Source: Schmidtea polychroa (Eukaryota). Taken from it: DNA of 64,000 bases. The position numbers and the translations under genes are program-made. The DNA lies in assembly GCA_044892525.1 (NCBI GenBank), contig CM097885.1:160270001-160334000 (forward strand). The letters run 5' to 3'. The notes beneath the pieces were generated by a model. It saw only the letters and a list, made by a program, of their open reading frames with translations. It did not search any database and had not been told where the DNA came from. Positions 62,501 to 64,000 of the stretch are shown one piece after another (positions within the stretch are counted from its first letter, which is position 1; each line of letters begins with the position of its first letter).

Positions 62501-64000
62501 TCTCCGTAATGATCTGTTATTGTAAATAATATTGGCCATTGGCTTTTGACTACTCGCAATAATGGGTGTGTCCTTTCTCTATTTGCATAGTTCTCGATCA
62601 TCGTCAATAATCCTCCTAATATTTCGAAATCTAATCGATCTTTTGCCCATCCAGGTATTTTAATTTTTACCTCTTTTACAATCTTTTCCGCTTCTGATGG
62701 TTGGATACCTAATCGTCCAGTGATCGGTTCTGCGGGTTGTTGCATCATGTTCATTCGGTAGGTTTGCGAACGTGTGGTTAATGTACGGCCTTCTGGTTGA
62801 CTAGTGGCTGTTTTTGGAATTGATTTGCATCGTGCCACGTTTACGTATATTGGTCTGGTAAAGGGGTTATTTACCAATTTCACTCTTACATTAGTTTCGC
62901 CTACGAATAAGATCTCATATGGTCCTTTTCCGTTGCGTTGTAACTTTTTTGTGGTTCCTGGAATTAATTCCGGGGTTTCTATCATTACCCAATCACCTGT
63001 TTGGAACGTATGTTGCTTCACGTTTTTCTTTCGATCGTGTAAATCTTTATAACTTTCCTGGTAGAACTTGATATTTAATCCCGCAGTTTCCCAAATTTCT
63101 TGCATTCTTTCCTTGAATTTCGTAACATAATCATCGATCTCCATATACTGCGATATCGGTGGTTGGTATTCCAGGTCCATTGGCATATTACATTCTCTTC
63201 CGTACATTAATTTGAATGGGCTCATTTTCGTTGATGCGTGAATCGACATTCTGTACGCCATAAGACATAGGTTTATATATTCGTCCCAATCTCGTTGGTG
63301 ACGGTCAACGTAGTTTGATAACATTTGTATAAGTGTTCCATTAAATCTTTCCGTCATCCCATTGGTTTGAGGGTGGTATGGAGATGTTCTTAGTTTTGCT
63401 ATTTTGAAGTAATTTGTTACTTCGCTCATTATCTCACTCATAAAATTAGTTCCCTGATCGGTTAAGATTTGTTTTGGTGTTCCATATCGGCAACATATCT
63501 CTTCTACCAAAATTTTTGCGATTGTTTTAGCTTTTTGGTCTGGCATCGCGAATGCTTCTGGAAATTTCGTAAGAAAGTCTGTGATCACTAGAATGTAAAC
63601 GTTTCCTTTATCTGACTCTGGTAGTGGACCAACTACGTCCATGGATATCATTGTCATTGGTTCTATTGGTACTGGCATTGGCGTTAAAGGTGCTTTCCAT
63701 TTCGATCCAGTATTCTTCCTGGTTGCACAAGTTAGACAATTTTTTACCCATTCGGTTACATCTTCAGTTAACGTAGGCCAAAAATATTTCTGTTTCATTC
63801 TTGCTAACGTCTTTTTCGATGACATATGTCCTCCCAATCTCCCATCGTGATATTGCGTTAGTAACTCTTTTCGTCGGTTTTCCGGTATACACATTAATCG
63901 TTTTTCCCCATCCATTATCAGCAACCAATCTTTCTCTATAATATATCGGTGTCGGTGTTTATCCATATGTTCTTTTAATTTTTGGTCTTTCGCATATACC
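59536..64000 (-). CDS. Pol C-terminus: integrase (H2C2 zinc finger, DDE core, GPY motif) fused to two ankyrin blocks and a signal-peptide/ectodomain/TM module; ORF open to the window edge
   Basis: H..GH...CLTC, SMDVVGP, TDQGTNF, YHPQTNGMTER, KGPYEI; ankyrin GDTPLH, GYTPLMIAA, RTPLQQA, GETAMMYAA; hydrophobic MILMIIMLTMIELVTAQ and WISGIIITGAFLIITGGTI; no stops over 1476+ codons. Confidence 0.93.
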   Translation of the reverse strand, partial: VYAKDQKLKEHMDKHRHRYIIEKDWLLIMDGEKRLMCIPENRRKELLTQYHDGRLGGHMSSKKTLARMKQKYFWPTLTEDVTEWVKNCLTCATRKNTGSKWKAPLTPMPVPIEPMTMISMDVVGPLPESDKGNVYILVITDFLTKFPEAFAMPDQKAKTIAKILVEEICCRYGTPKQILTDQGTNFMSEIMSEVTNYFKIAKLRTSPYHPQTNGMTERFNGTLIQMLSNYVDRHQRDWDEYINLCLMAYRMSIHASTKMSPFKLMYGRECNMPMDLEYQPPISQYMEIDDYVTKFKERMQEIWETAGLNIKFYQESYKDLHDRKKNVKQHTFQTGDWVMIETPELIPGTTKKLQRNGKGPYEILFVGETNVRVKLVNNPFTRPIYVNVARCKSIPKTATSQPEGRTLTTRSQTYRMNMMQQPAEPITGRLGIQPSEAEKIVKEVKIKIPGWAKDRLDFEILGGLLTMIENYANRERTHPLLRVVKSQWPILFTITDHYGDTPLHKLMKVGNNEQILETIEAFHDCKRSTEQTNNQGYTPLMIAANRGKTKDIITALLDTGSKITTQDHERKNALHHAIEGRSTEAFTSLMELLSYEDNREVGNMYDGLLTAIKEKLTTITGILITWRNPIRNDYRINVNEAFTRGENTLMREAMKGHQLFEIPNQLLERGIKFTNHKDEQLAKKRIDTFEKSLFQFTNQVRNKYWETVSVLYMMDTMNNIRENYLDIIQILTAEERINNPNGKKTKIRYEKSRESKSTTNQTVTNNVIETKSMSIDQEAIIRKAKEVFFEEMLELPDEIILSKIIKAVHTYARDQTTDLDIGKIKTFLPRAFTMVTKDSRTPLQQAILAAKENRAITIVRILGEMGEETNTKNEQGETAMMYAAITKIHPKTLHILHQSGSKLDEKSNEGNSTLDWATIQPNLEMIRFICKNATKEEVENMCKNTSQFQWNAVRKNLEAMKLLLTWRVPQNNKYAINVNEFYENGENAMVKNTLTKGGTPKIILIVLNREDLKFTQNQNEQQRIGKHRRMQLRELVKEWNRKRHAATGRKEFEFEAKLARNRVLTAYRRLLNDINVEDDILNDSGGDKHDDNNGKGRKEDKEKREQEEGKPENKDSDTKREGNSPGTKTKEEEKSNNGKQRVCLPFTNKEIETNMILMIIMLTMIELVTAQGGTRTIKETKEAENQDSKEDELKQEKKKQAQEQQWDLKEEWDLKERCILGRCMSRAYQKLVLINEATEPITEVRIQEAYRNRDGKRITNVKGKEVHLGKGGEVVITQIQPRKEHKVCISRLGPGERCHQYVTQQQPPKEYTVCIWRNESKRECRRYPGKRGKKRKNHDEKNEGGKHKKTGEEAQDNYVSEEEMEKIQKMAKEGMNEEIARIREMMKGNGKRGNEKSTEAISTLTNKEKPESISVKQMMWISGIIITGAFLIITGGTIKIIKDKRHRGELEMTRIRNFQHRVKRPSDIKQEQWVEAWNVQRPPNSRI

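Larger units (their letters stand above)
53855..64000 (-). mobile_element. 3' half of a large, apparently intact Ty3/Gypsy-type LTR retroelement with six ORFs (gag/PR/RT/RNase H expected beyond the window edge)
   Basis: Gypsy-type integrase at the right edge; co-oriented, intronless, purine-rich ORFs separated by 40-140 bp AT-rich spacers; candidate LTR at the left. Confidence 0.85.

Noticed and set aside
55010-63850. Many + strand ORFs over the giant element
   Set aside because: F/S/L-rich antisense shadows of purine-rich minus-strand ORFs.

Overview
Very AT-rich, intron-containing metazoan genomic scaffold with three N-gaps. Composition, 40-43 nt introns and repeat content suggest a planarian-like flatworm (inference, not proven). 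Host genes, all on the minus strand: the 5' exons of a MAP2K7/MKK7 kinase (4412-4981), a MARF1/Limkain-b1-like RRM+LOTUS gene (about 47.2 to 27-28 kb), and two orphan ORFs. Between them is dense TE debris: a decayed Gypsy with short AG..ACT LTRs and a nested solo LTR, a Polinton/adintovirus-type PolB with one nonsense mutation, piggyBac, hAT and Bel/Pao remnants, MITEs, and a degenerate minimal hammerhead ribozyme. The most striking feature is the right end (about 53.9-64 kb): the 3' half of an apparently intact, large Ty3/Gypsy-type element on the minus strand. Its integrase is fused in frame to two ankyrin blocks and a signal-peptide/ectodomain/TM (env-like) module. It is followed by five tightly packed intronless cargo ORFs: a full-length TRAF, three coiled-coil proteins and a second type-I membrane protein. 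Each cargo ORF has a TAG splice-acceptor-like site 1-4 nt before an in-frame ATG.
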